The position numbers were made by a program, and so were the translations under genes. From a virus (lineage: Duplodnaviria > Caudoviricetes): DNA of 24,652 nucleotides. Below the pieces are notes generated by a model, which was given only the letters and a program-made list of their open reading frames with translations, made no database searches and was not told the DNA's origin. Where the stretch lies: the IMG/VR virus record IMGVR_UViG_3300001450_000286, positions 1 through 24,652 of that record. One strand, 5' to 3'. Below, piece by piece: positions 1-8,483 of this stretch; the first letter of the stretch is position 1; each line of letters begins with the position of its first letter.

Positions 1-287
1 CCCACAGCTTTAAGTAAAGCACATATTTCTTGATAATCTGGTAAATCTGATAGTTTATATTCAGACATCCAAGGCATCATATCACTTGACATACGATATA
101 CCTTTATATTGTTTTCATTATTCCAATTTACAATTTTTAGTAAATTAGTAATATTAATTAGTATTAGTTCAGAAGCATAGTCAATGCCTTTAGCATCGAA
201 TGTTCTTCGTATCATACTTCTATTGCATGATATGCCTTGTTCTGCAAGGGTCATATTTATACATGCGTATCCTAGTCTTTTTGCCAT
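1..287 (-). CDS. uvsE: UV-damage endonuclease UvsE/UVDE, 5' portion (runs off the window)
   Basis: Not in the ORF track. My translation from ATG at 287 gives MAKRLGYACINMTLAEQGISCNRSMIRRTF...NLLKIVNWNNENNIKVYRMSSDMMPW. RLGYACIN and (F/Y)RxSSDxxP are hallmark UvsE motifs. Confidence 0.93.
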   Translation of the reverse strand, partial: MAKRLGYACINMTLAEQGISCNRSMIRRTFDAKGIDYASELILINITNLLKIVNWNNENNIKVYRMSSDMMPWMSEYKLSDLPDYQEICALLKAV

Positions 288-320
288 AGTTTAATTTTAT
301 ATAGTAATATAATCATTTTG

Positions 321-342
321 TTTCAAATAAAAAAATTCTGAG
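321..342 (-). promoter_or_regulatory. Repeated upstream element, copy 1 (CTCAGAATTTTTTTATTTGAAA); TTGAAA is followed 17 nt later by TATATA; putative uvsE promoter
   Basis: Near-identical copy at 762-782 with the same TTGAAA-N17-TATATA spacing. Both copies lie upstream of a start codon. Confidence 0.5.
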
Positions 343-358
343 TGAAAAGTTATTAACA

Positions 359-703
359 TTATTTCCAAAATATTTGTATTGATACTAGTGTTGTTGCTAG
401 TACTAAAGATATTGCTGTCTTTGTATTTATTCCTTCTCCCATAAAAAACCAAGTTAATAATACAAACGATATCATTCCAGTACCAAACCCTATAAATCTA
501 CCTGGCCATAAAAGTCCATCAAAATAATTTACAACATATTTTGTTGCAAAAATAAATAGATAGGAAATTATAGTTCCAAATACTACCGATAAAATTAGTG
601 GGTTTTTGTCGAACCATTTCCATAGAAACTGTCCGTTTGTTTGAATCCAGATAAGAGTCTGGCCTGCGAAGAACAGGAGTATTGCAATTGTTAATTGATT
701 CAT
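359..703 (-). CDS. Small integral membrane protein (about 4 TM helices, possibly DMT/SMR-like)
   Basis: 114 aa with four hydrophobic segments. The C-terminal 'LLTWFFMGEGINTKTAISLVLA' resembles the DMT-superfamily 'xxFGExxxxxxxxGxxL' pattern. Confidence 0.65.
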   Translation of the reverse strand: MNQLTIAILLFFAGQTLIWIQTNGQFLWKWFDKNPLILSVVFGTIISYLFIFATKYVVNYFDGLLWPGRFIGFGTGMISFVLLTWFFMGEGINTKTAISLVLATTLVSIQIFWK

Positions 704-742
704 TAAGTAAAATTTATTAGTTACTGTTTAATTGTTATTATA

Positions 743-751
743 TATAAATAT
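743..751 (-). promoter_or_regulatory. ATATTTATA upstream motif
   Basis: One of seven intergenic copies; about 40 nt upstream of ATG at 703. Confidence 0.5.
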
Positions 752-761
752 AAACAAAATT

Positions 762-782
762 TTTCAAATAAAAAAATCTGAG
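762..782 (-). promoter_or_regulatory. Repeated upstream element, copy 2 (CTCAGATTTTTTTATTTGAAA)
   Basis: Matches 321-342 apart from a 1-nt indel. Confidence 0.5.
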
Positions 783-786
783 GTGT

Positions 787-966
787 TTATTTTTTAAAAA
801 GTTTTGCTATTTCTGTCTGTATTAGGTCAGACAATAAAGCTTTTAATTCTTCTTCGTCTTTATCCCTACGCTTTAAATGGTCATCAGGATCGTATGTTGG
901 TTTATTCATTCCAGTATTTCTAGATAAAGTTGGCTTTTGATTTGGTGTTAAGTCTTCTTTTTTCAT
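787..966 (-). CDS. Hypothetical 59-aa protein (MKKEDLTPNQ...ELKALLSDLIQTEIAKLFKK)
   Basis: Below the ORF-track length cutoff. Its ATG overlaps the TGA of the upstream gene (ATGA, 963-966), it fills the gap and ends at TAA 787-789. Confidence 0.75.
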   Translation of the reverse strand: MKKEDLTPNQKPTLSRNTGMNKPTYDPDDHLKRRDKDEEELKALLSDLIQTEIAKLFKK

Positions 967-1364
967 CGCTTTACCTTAATATAAATTACTTCATGTACAG
1001 ATGTGTCTATTCTCCTAAGACCTGTATCATTTGTTAATAGTATGGAATTTCTATAGTTATCCCATTCTAATTGAAATCGTGTGTCTAGTACGCCGTTATT
1101 ACATGTTTTAATACATTCATTTAACGCATTTATAGTATATAGAGTATTTGTTTGTTTTTTTCTGTGTAAGGAAATTGTATCTGGTAAGATTACAACGTCT
1201 CCACTTGAATCTATATTATATGTACACATTAATTCTCGAGTATCAGATTCATTTCTTAAAACAAATAGTTTATTATATAAAATATCGTATGCCTGTATAA
1301 TCTTATCAACTGTTTTTGATAGTGTCTTTGTATTTGTGAATGTACATAAAAGTTGTGTTTTCAT
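963..1364 (-). CDS. Phage hypothetical protein (133 aa)
   Basis: Coupled by TAATG and ATGA overlaps on both sides. Motifs TQLLCTF and LHRKKQTNTLYTINALN are ones I recall from large uncultured phages. Confidence 0.85.
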   Translation of the reverse strand: MKTQLLCTFTNTKTLSKTVDKIIQAYDILYNKLFVLRNESDTRELMCTYNIDSSGDVVILPDTISLHRKKQTNTLYTINALNECIKTCNNGVLDTRFQLEWDNYRNSILLTNDTGLRRIDTSVHEVIYIKVKR

Positions 1365-3481
1365 TATACCTCTACTTCTTCGCCTGTTTGAGCATTAGTT
1401 AAACTACCATCAGATTGTATATTATTTTCTGCAGCTTTTCCATCTCCTGTAAATGATAGTTGGCAACCTCCACCAGTTCTACCAGCTGTTCTCTTGGTTC
1501 TAAAAGTTATTGAATAATCATCTGGGTTGTTTGTTCCCTTACTAGTGACAAACTGTGGTTTATTATCCTTGTCATAGAATTGTTTATTGTGCTCTAACTC
1601 TAACAAAGTTTTATTTGTTCTAATATTATTTGCAATTTCAATTGCTGATAAGAGAGCTTCTACTTTTACACCGGCTTTTTGTACCAAATTTTTAGCGTTA
1701 TTTTCACCAATTAGTGCAGATGCATGCTCCAATGTTATTATTTTTCCTAATCGTTTTTTATACTTATCTTCAAACTTTGCCAATTCCTTACCAAACTTTT
1801 TCCAATACTGTTCTTTATCGGCTGGTTTAGAATCTGCTACTTCTTTTTTGATTCTGTCTATTTCCTCCATATATTCAGATGTTATTTCAGATATTTTCTC
1901 TGTTTCTTCATTTGAAAATGTAGTACCTAAGTTTACTTCGTCTAGTGTTGTTTTAATAAAGTTTGTTGTTTTTTTCTTTGTTTCTGCTTTATTTTCACCC
2001 TTTATTAATTTATCACTAATAAGTAGTGTGTGGTCTTTTTCGCCAAGATATTGTCCTTGATTATTTTGTTTTTCCGGGTCTGGGTGTAATTCACATATAG
2101 TCTTAGAATTTGCTGGACAACCATATATCCTACCTTTTTTTCCAAATTTACAACTTATTAATGAAACTCTTTCAGCTGTACCACCCTTTATTTTATCGCC
2201 AGCTGGGAAGTTTCCTGCAGAAGGTAGATAAACTTCTTCACCATTTGCTAATTCTTGTTCATATAAATTATTTTCTGCTATTTGTTTTAAAATTGAAGAA
2301 GCAACCTCAGGATCAGATTCATGTAATTCTACCATTAAATCATTATAGCTATTAGCAATAGCTTCTTTGGCTTCTTTGCTTGGTATTTTTATATTTTTTA
2401 AAACATTTTCTAGATTTTGTTGGTGTTTTTCTAGTGAATTTGCAACTGATTCGTCAAGATTACCAGCATCTGCTTGTTTTTTTGCAACATTGATTGTGTT
2501 TTGCAGTGATGGGCTTCTAAAACTTTGAGCCAAATAGTCTGTTGAATGCTCACTACTTGGCATTTTAACACTACCATCTTTATTTTTAACAGCATATATA
2601 CCATGTAACCCACCTCTTATTTTTTGTAATATTGGATGAGTTTTGAAATAATTAGTAACTGGATCGTCACTATCCTTTTTAGGTTTAACAATATTTTCAT
2701 CACCTAAATCTGGTTTTGCAGCTGAAGATAATTCTAACTTAACAGACTTGGCATTAAATTGTCTCAATTCAACTAAAGACTCCATTTTTTGGACTAAAGC
2801 TTCTGTACTGTTTGTTCCATTACCAAGTATTTTTTTACCTCCTCCTAACTTATTAAGGTATGCTTTTCTTTTGCCTGACTTTGGCATTGCATTTGCTGAA
2901 AAACCAGTTTTGTCAACTAGCCATTGCGCTGCAGCAGTTTGTTCATCTTTAGATGCAGTTTCGTCAAATAAAACTTTAATTTTTTTAGATGCTTTTTTTA
3001 CTAATTCTGACTGGCTGTCAGTTAAACCATCAACTCTGTTGTTTATCCTTGTTTCAAAATCATCAATTACTTTTTTATTTTCTTTGGAAGATTTTTCTGA
3101 GCCTTGTTTAGCTTTTATCTTATCTGTTTCTTTAGTCTTATATAAACTTGCACCTTTTACTGGTTCTTTAGAATCTTTTTTATTTAGATCAGATTGGTCT
3201 TTATCTAAGGGTTCAGCGGTTCCATCATCTATAGCTTTTTCCATATTTTCTTTGGATTTGAAAACTACTATTTTTCCAGAGTCTGAAGTAGACTTAGCTT
3301 TATATGTTTTTTCTTCTGTTAGTTGAGAAATATATGCTTGGATAAAATCTTCAGAATACTTGTATTGCCTTAGAACGGTTTCTAATACCCTTACATGAGA
3401 GCGTTTTTTTGGGTCTGGCATGCCATCATTTACTCGCCATGACCACTCTCTAACTAAATTGTCTATAAATAAATTTTTCAT
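1364..3481 (-). CDS. 705-aa hypothetical protein; possible internal head protein with a C-terminal PD-(D/E)XK-like nuclease domain
   Basis: Long ORF with its own ATATTTATA motif. N-terminal EWSWRVNDGMPDP leader, Lys/Glu-rich linker, then E...YLP..GNFP.GD...ISCK. The CDS is secure; the function is tentative. Confidence 0.6.
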   Translation of the reverse strand: MKNLFIDNLVREWSWRVNDGMPDPKKRSHVRVLETVLRQYKYSEDFIQAYISQLTEEKTYKAKSTSDSGKIVVFKSKENMEKAIDDGTAEPLDKDQSDLNKKDSKEPVKGASLYKTKETDKIKAKQGSEKSSKENKKVIDDFETRINNRVDGLTDSQSELVKKASKKIKVLFDETASKDEQTAAAQWLVDKTGFSANAMPKSGKRKAYLNKLGGGKKILGNGTNSTEALVQKMESLVELRQFNAKSVKLELSSAAKPDLGDENIVKPKKDSDDPVTNYFKTHPILQKIRGGLHGIYAVKNKDGSVKMPSSEHSTDYLAQSFRSPSLQNTINVAKKQADAGNLDESVANSLEKHQQNLENVLKNIKIPSKEAKEAIANSYNDLMVELHESDPEVASSILKQIAENNLYEQELANGEEVYLPSAGNFPAGDKIKGGTAERVSLISCKFGKKGRIYGCPANSKTICELHPDPEKQNNQGQYLGEKDHTLLISDKLIKGENKAETKKKTTNFIKTTLDEVNLGTTFSNEETEKISEITSEYMEEIDRIKKEVADSKPADKEQYWKKFGKELAKFEDKYKKRLGKIITLEHASALIGENNAKNLVQKAGVKVEALLSAIEIANNIRTNKTLLELEHNKQFYDKDNKPQFVTSKGTNNPDDYSITFRTKRTAGRTGGGCQLSFTGDGKAAENNIQSDGSLTNAQTGEEVEV

Positions 3482-3497
3482 ATAATAACCTTCAATC

Positions 3498-3506
3498 TAT
3501 AAATAT
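3498..3506 (-). promoter_or_regulatory. ATATTTATA upstream motif
   Basis: About 17 nt upstream of ATG at 3481. Confidence 0.55.
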
Positions 3507-4819
3507 CATGAAAACCTATAAGAAACATCTTTTAAGTCACCATAATTACTACCAAAGCTTATCCTAGTAGGATATTTCATTGCAGCCTTTATTTTTAAAA
3601 TTAACTCTTTACCCTCTGACATATCAAAATCAAAGGTAAAACTGTCATAAGTATATAGTATGAACTTGCTATTATAATCATTTAAAACCTTTATTACACG
3701 TTCCATAGCTTCAGAATTTAATTCTGTTTCAGCTGATTGGATGTAGTAGTTAAACAACTTTTGCGGATTCATTTCACCAATAGTTGATTGATATACTTTT
3801 CTATTATATAAGTATGTTTTATAATGGTTTTTTAACTTCCATTCTTTCCAAAATTTATAAATAAATTCATTTACTTTATTAAAAAAGGGTATTTCTAAAA
3901 ATTCTTTAGGAATTCCACCATATAGTAGTTGAAAACTTATTTGTTTGGCCTCTGAATATTGTTTTTTAGTAAGTTTATCTGTTGCAAAGTACTGTTTTCC
4001 AAGATATTCATGAATAGATTCATTAGGCAAGTCATATCCAATAATATCTCCTATTATTCTAAGATGATATGCGTCATAATCTAGCTCTAATATTCCTCCA
4101 CCGTTAAATCTACTGATATATTTATTTCTAGTACCGTCAGACTTATTTAAGGCAGCATAATTTATTTTATTAAACGTATTACTTGGTCTTCCTGTTAAAG
4201 TGTACGTATTATAATTGCAATATTCATAACCATTACCAGTATATAAACCAGAAGATTCTATACTATTTAAACTATTTAAAAAGCCACTTATTTTTTTATA
4301 CCCAGATGATTTTACTCCACCTGTTGGCATTTGTTCTATATCTATAATATCTATAAGTTTATCTTCTAAAGATTGGCAGTATTCTATATGCTTTGTTATT
4401 GGTATAAATTCATTAATATTTTTCTTTTTCCAATACATAGAATATAATTTATTATGGGCGGCCGTATAGTCTTGATTTATTTTTTTACCAGAGTTAAAAT
4501 ATACCATTGAATTACAACAATGTGTATTTTTAAGGTTAAAATTATGATTAAATGTTTTAATATCATGTACATATTTTTTATGCGGGGTATCAATTGCACC
4601 TGTAATTTCTTTAAGTGTAAATGTTTTTATTGCATCTGTATGTTTTATTGGTATATAATATTTTTGCACATTATTTAACATGGAAACATAAATACCAGTT
4701 AAGTTAGAACATCTAGGGTGACTAGAATGATCTGAGGGTATTGGTATGAGTATAATATCTGATTCTTTGCACTGGTGAGTGAATTCAGTAAATTGTAGTA
4801 TTGTATCAATAATTATCAT
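3506..4819 (-). CDS. polA: Short, divergent family A DNA polymerase (Pol I-like)
   Basis: TGRPS (motif 2), LELDYDAYHLR (motif A), AKQISFQLLYG (motif B), NYYIQS (motif 6) and LYTYDS (motif C) occur in the canonical order. Confidence 0.88.
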   Translation of the reverse strand: MIIIDTILQFTEFTHQCKESDIILIPIPSDHSSHPRCSNLTGIYVSMLNNVQKYYIPIKHTDAIKTFTLKEITGAIDTPHKKYVHDIKTFNHNFNLKNTHCCNSMVYFNSGKKINQDYTAAHNKLYSMYWKKKNINEFIPITKHIEYCQSLEDKLIDIIDIEQMPTGGVKSSGYKKISGFLNSLNSIESSGLYTGNGYEYCNYNTYTLTGRPSNTFNKINYAALNKSDGTRNKYISRFNGGGILELDYDAYHLRIIGDIIGYDLPNESIHEYLGKQYFATDKLTKKQYSEAKQISFQLLYGGIPKEFLEIPFFNKVNEFIYKFWKEWKLKNHYKTYLYNRKVYQSTIGEMNPQKLFNYYIQSAETELNSEAMERVIKVLNDYNSKFILYTYDSFTFDFDMSEGKELILKIKAAMKYPTRISFGSNYGDLKDVSYRFS

Positions 4820-4856
4820 TAGTATAATATAATAAAAAATATTGAATCGGTGAAAT

Positions 4857-5675
4857 TTATACTAAAGAATTATATGTTTTTGAGTCTGTGTTGATTATTT
4901 TTTCTTCTTCTGATAAAGAATCATTATTGAATACTGTTCTACTCATAGGATATAAGTAGTTATGTGGTTCAGATGTGTGAGATGCTCCTTCCATTGGTCT
5001 ATTTGTATGTACATGATATTTTCCAATAAATTCTTCTCCAGTAACAGTTTGAAACTGGTCTCCAGGGCTAAACAAATTAGATTGTTCTCGTGGATTGGCA
5101 TATTCTAAAGAATCTGATAGGTATTCAGTTAAACCAGGCATTTTTGATTCAGCCTTTAACAATGATTCATTATTTGTTGGAATTATTCCGTGCTCAACAA
5201 TTACATTCTTATGTAAAATATTAAATATTGGTCCTGCAATTTTCCATTCTAAGGAAGCCATAGTATATAGTTCGTGATGGGGATTTGATTTTTTAGCTAA
5301 TCTCTTATAAAGATCTTTATCTATTTCAAAAATTTGCTGTGTATTTTCTTGTCTTGCAAAATATCTCATAAAAAATCCGGCATCTTCGTCTTTTTGCGTT
5401 AATGTTGCACCAATAGATATAATTCCAGGAAATGATTTTGCAAATGTTGGTTGTAGTTTATTATATAAAAAAACATTTCTATCATATACTATTTTTCTTA
5501 ATTTAGTTGAAGGCGTAGAAGGGGTTGCACCAACATAAGGCCTACCTTTTTTAGTATGGTATGGACCAATATAAAAATTTGGCTTTTCTGTTTTATCCTT
5601 AGGTGAAAAAAGTTGAAACTCTCCACCCTTAGTATATAAATCAGTTACTATTTCTTCTTGCCTAAATATTTTCAT
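4857..5675 (-). CDS. Hypothetical baseplate-cluster protein with an internally duplicated YxGxYH module
   Basis: 272 aa, directly follows the hub-like gene. Two copies of 'L(Y/F)(T/S)xG(G/D)(E/Q)F...(Y/F)IGxYH...RPxxGA'. Confidence 0.7.
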   Translation of the reverse strand: MKIFRQEEIVTDLYTKGGEFQLFSPKDKTEKPNFYIGPYHTKKGRPYVGATPSTPSTKLRKIVYDRNVFLYNKLQPTFAKSFPGIISIGATLTQKDEDAGFFMRYFARQENTQQIFEIDKDLYKRLAKKSNPHHELYTMASLEWKIAGPIFNILHKNVIVEHGIIPTNNESLLKAESKMPGLTEYLSDSLEYANPREQSNLFSPGDQFQTVTGEEFIGKYHVHTNRPMEGASHTSEPHNYLYPMSRTVFNNDSLSEEEKIINTDSKTYNSLV

Positions 5676-5681
5676 ATTTTA

Positions 5682-8483
5682 TTACCCTTGCTCATCTTCT
5701 ATATTATCTTCTATTTCATAAATAATTTCCTGTTTTAGTGATTCTTGGTCAGCTAAGTTCCATCCACCAGAAATTTGTTCTTGCATGTATATTCCATCTT
5801 TAGGTGTCCAAAATCCTTCAATAAAGTCTTCAGTATATCCTCTTTGGATTTTCCACTCTCTTTCACCTGATACCTGTCTTCCGTCGGTTTCTGTGTATGT
5901 ATATTGGTATGTACCGGATTCTAGCTCACTACCACCTTCCCATCCAGTAGCTGGTGGTTCTGGATCTGGATCTGGTTCAGCTGGTGGGGGTGGAGTTGGT
6001 TCTACTGTTGGTTCTGTTTCTTCTTCAGGTATTTCTTCTACTTCAGGAGCAGGGGGTTCAACTTCAGGTTTTGGTTTTGGTTTAGATTTTTGTATTGTAC
6101 TTTTTTCAGGTGGGGTTTTATCTTCTAGCAGTGTTTTGGCTACTGAACCTTGTCTCATTATTGATCCTAATTCTACTTTCCAACCTGATGAATCTACTGT
6201 ATGGTCAACACTAGTTATTGTAAAACCTGTTTCACCATATCTTGGTGGTAAATAGTCAATTGTTATAGGGTAACCCCAAACTATACCACTCATTCCGTCT
6301 AAAGTTATTCCTAATTCAATTGGAAGAGTAATTCCTGCACTAAGTGTATTCAGTGCATGTTTACTTTCATCTTCTGCAGCAGATCCTAGTTCTACCATTT
6401 TTCTAACTGCACTAGTTGCAGATTCTATTTGTTCTGTTTCAACGTTATCTGCTAGATCTATTCTAGCCTCTTTATATGAATCTCTAATTTTTTGAGCAGC
6501 TGCTAGTAAATCTTCTTCTGAATTACCACATCCATCTACATCTTTATTTACCTTGGTTCTCATTATCATATTTTGATGGTCCATATCAACTACTTCAGCA
6601 TTAAATAAATTCCAAGAAGAAGTTTTTTCTTTACCCATTTCATGGGAATTTTTTGCTGAGTTAGTACCATACATAACCATTGCAGCTATTTTGCCACTTA
6701 ACTTTGTTTCTATTTTAATATCTCTAGCAATTGAGTTTTGGCCAACTGCTGGTATTTCAGGAACAATTACTTCTTCTTCATCATCTTCTTCTAGATTTGC
6801 ATCTACTATTCTTAATATTGCGGGAACATCAGGATCTTCTATCATTTGTAAGTCCCACATATCTGAGCATGCTTCATTTACTGAATCTAGTATTTTATTT
6901 ATAAATGCATCTAGATATTCACATTCCTTTAATGTGTTTTCAACAAATCTAACATTTAATAATATATTAGAAAGCATTCCATATTTTTTTTCTCCAGTGT
7001 CAAATATTAATCCTGAAGAAGTAAGTGGTTCTACTGTTTTTGCTGAGATGTTATCATCGTCTGGTAATATAGAGCCAAGGGCACCTGCAGTAGCGTCTGT
7101 GATTGAAGATACTACTGAGGCTCCAGTGTCTTTTACTTTTGACCACCATCCTTTTTCTTCCTTTGTTTCATCAGCACCCTTTTTAGAGTTAGCAGCCGCC
7201 TTTGTTTGTTTTTTTCTTTGAAAATCTTTTGCAAAGTTTGGGTCTTCTTCGTAACCATCCCAATGTGCTTGTCCTGGCAATACACAAACCATAGGGTTAG
7301 AAGATATTAATGATGGGTGGTTTTGAAGCATTGTTCCTCTACTATCAAGAGAACCAATACCACTAGCGCGCCGTTCAACTAAGTGTGGCATGAATTTTTT
7401 TGTTTCTTTATATATTTTATTCCAAGCTGATTCATTGCCTTCAGTGTCACTAAGTTTATCAGATTCTTTTCCTGTACAACACTTTTCTCCTTCTCCACTT
7501 TCTGGTTCTTCAGAAACTTCAGGTATAAGAGATTGGTTAACTATAATTTCTTCAAAATAATCCCAAGTCATATAATATGACAAATCTTCGTTGTAGCTTG
7601 TTTCATCATCATCATCACCTTCTTCTTCTCCTTCTGGTATATCTTTATCAAACTCTATAGGGCACCCAACGAAAGCCATGCCTCCATCTACACTTGGTAC
7701 CTCATGAGCCTCACCAGATACCTGTTTTTCATATAGGAACTTACAAACATTTACACTATTTGGGTTAAATGTTACTGCCTCTGAAGTATCAGTTTCAGCA
7801 TTTGCATCATCGCTATCTGTACAGTTATTGGATTTTGAAGTTGTTGAAGTTGGAACAGACATTAAAACAGTACCCATAGAAATTAATGTTACTTCACAAT
7901 CAAATCCACCATTAGCATTTATTGACCATGAAAAATTAGAAACTTTTCCTTTCATTGCATCATAATTAAATTTTGAAGATATTTGATATGCTTTTAGTTT
8001 TTCTGTAAATTTGCATAATGATCCTTTCATTTCATCAAAACCAAAGCCTTCAGTTATAGGTGTACCATCACTTCTTGTAGACCAACCCCATTCTAATACT
8101 TGATATGTACCAAGAGTCATAAATAATGGTTCTATAAATTTTAGTTGCTCTATTGACCAAACATTAAATGAAACAGTTGCTTTTCGTAGTGCACCTGCTT
8201 GTCCTTGGTCTTTTATCGATAAACTAGTTATACCTGGCATAGGTTCAGCCCTGTTATCTAATTGATATGATGTTTTTAGTGTGTTTAGGTTAGATGAAAA
8301 TAATTGATACTTTTCCCTTAATGTTTCATCACCATTAACTTTACAATTTGATGTTAATTTTATCCACGGCATTCTTCCATGTGTCCATTCATTATAAGTA
8401 TCAGGAATTATGCTTGCACGCGTCATCAACTCATTTATGGCCCCATCTGGCCATTTTCTATTAAAAAAACTTTTTGCACCCAT
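5682..8483 (-). CDS. Putative baseplate hub / tail-associated protein (933 aa)
   Basis: Follows the LysM/gp53-like gene. Beta-rich motifs 'PMPGITSLSI...LRKATVSF', 'GKVSNFSWS...GGFDC' and 'FTITSVDHTVDSSGWKVEL' are typical of hub (gp27/gpD/VgrG-like) folds. Confidence 0.6.
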   Translation of the reverse strand: MGAKSFFNRKWPDGAINELMTRASIIPDTYNEWTHGRMPWIKLTSNCKVNGDETLREKYQLFSSNLNTLKTSYQLDNRAEPMPGITSLSIKDQGQAGALRKATVSFNVWSIEQLKFIEPLFMTLGTYQVLEWGWSTRSDGTPITEGFGFDEMKGSLCKFTEKLKAYQISSKFNYDAMKGKVSNFSWSINANGGFDCEVTLISMGTVLMSVPTSTTSKSNNCTDSDDANAETDTSEAVTFNPNSVNVCKFLYEKQVSGEAHEVPSVDGGMAFVGCPIEFDKDIPEGEEEGDDDDETSYNEDLSYYMTWDYFEEIIVNQSLIPEVSEEPESGEGEKCCTGKESDKLSDTEGNESAWNKIYKETKKFMPHLVERRASGIGSLDSRGTMLQNHPSLISSNPMVCVLPGQAHWDGYEEDPNFAKDFQRKKQTKAAANSKKGADETKEEKGWWSKVKDTGASVVSSITDATAGALGSILPDDDNISAKTVEPLTSSGLIFDTGEKKYGMLSNILLNVRFVENTLKECEYLDAFINKILDSVNEACSDMWDLQMIEDPDVPAILRIVDANLEEDDEEEVIVPEIPAVGQNSIARDIKIETKLSGKIAAMVMYGTNSAKNSHEMGKEKTSSWNLFNAEVVDMDHQNMIMRTKVNKDVDGCGNSEEDLLAAAQKIRDSYKEARIDLADNVETEQIESATSAVRKMVELGSAAEDESKHALNTLSAGITLPIELGITLDGMSGIVWGYPITIDYLPPRYGETGFTITSVDHTVDSSGWKVELGSIMRQGSVAKTLLEDKTPPEKSTIQKSKPKPKPEVEPPAPEVEEIPEEETEPTVEPTPPPPAEPDPDPEPPATGWEGGSELESGTYQYTYTETDGRQVSGEREWKIQRGYTEDFIEGFWTPKDGIYMQEQISGGWNLADQESLKQEIIYEIEDNIEDEQG

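Noticed and set aside
2431-2613. 60-aa minus-strand ORF
   Set aside because: Nested out of frame in the 705-aa gene with no supporting signal.
3464-3471. Extra TATAAATA copy
   Set aside because: Inside the coding sequence and lacks the final T; likely chance.
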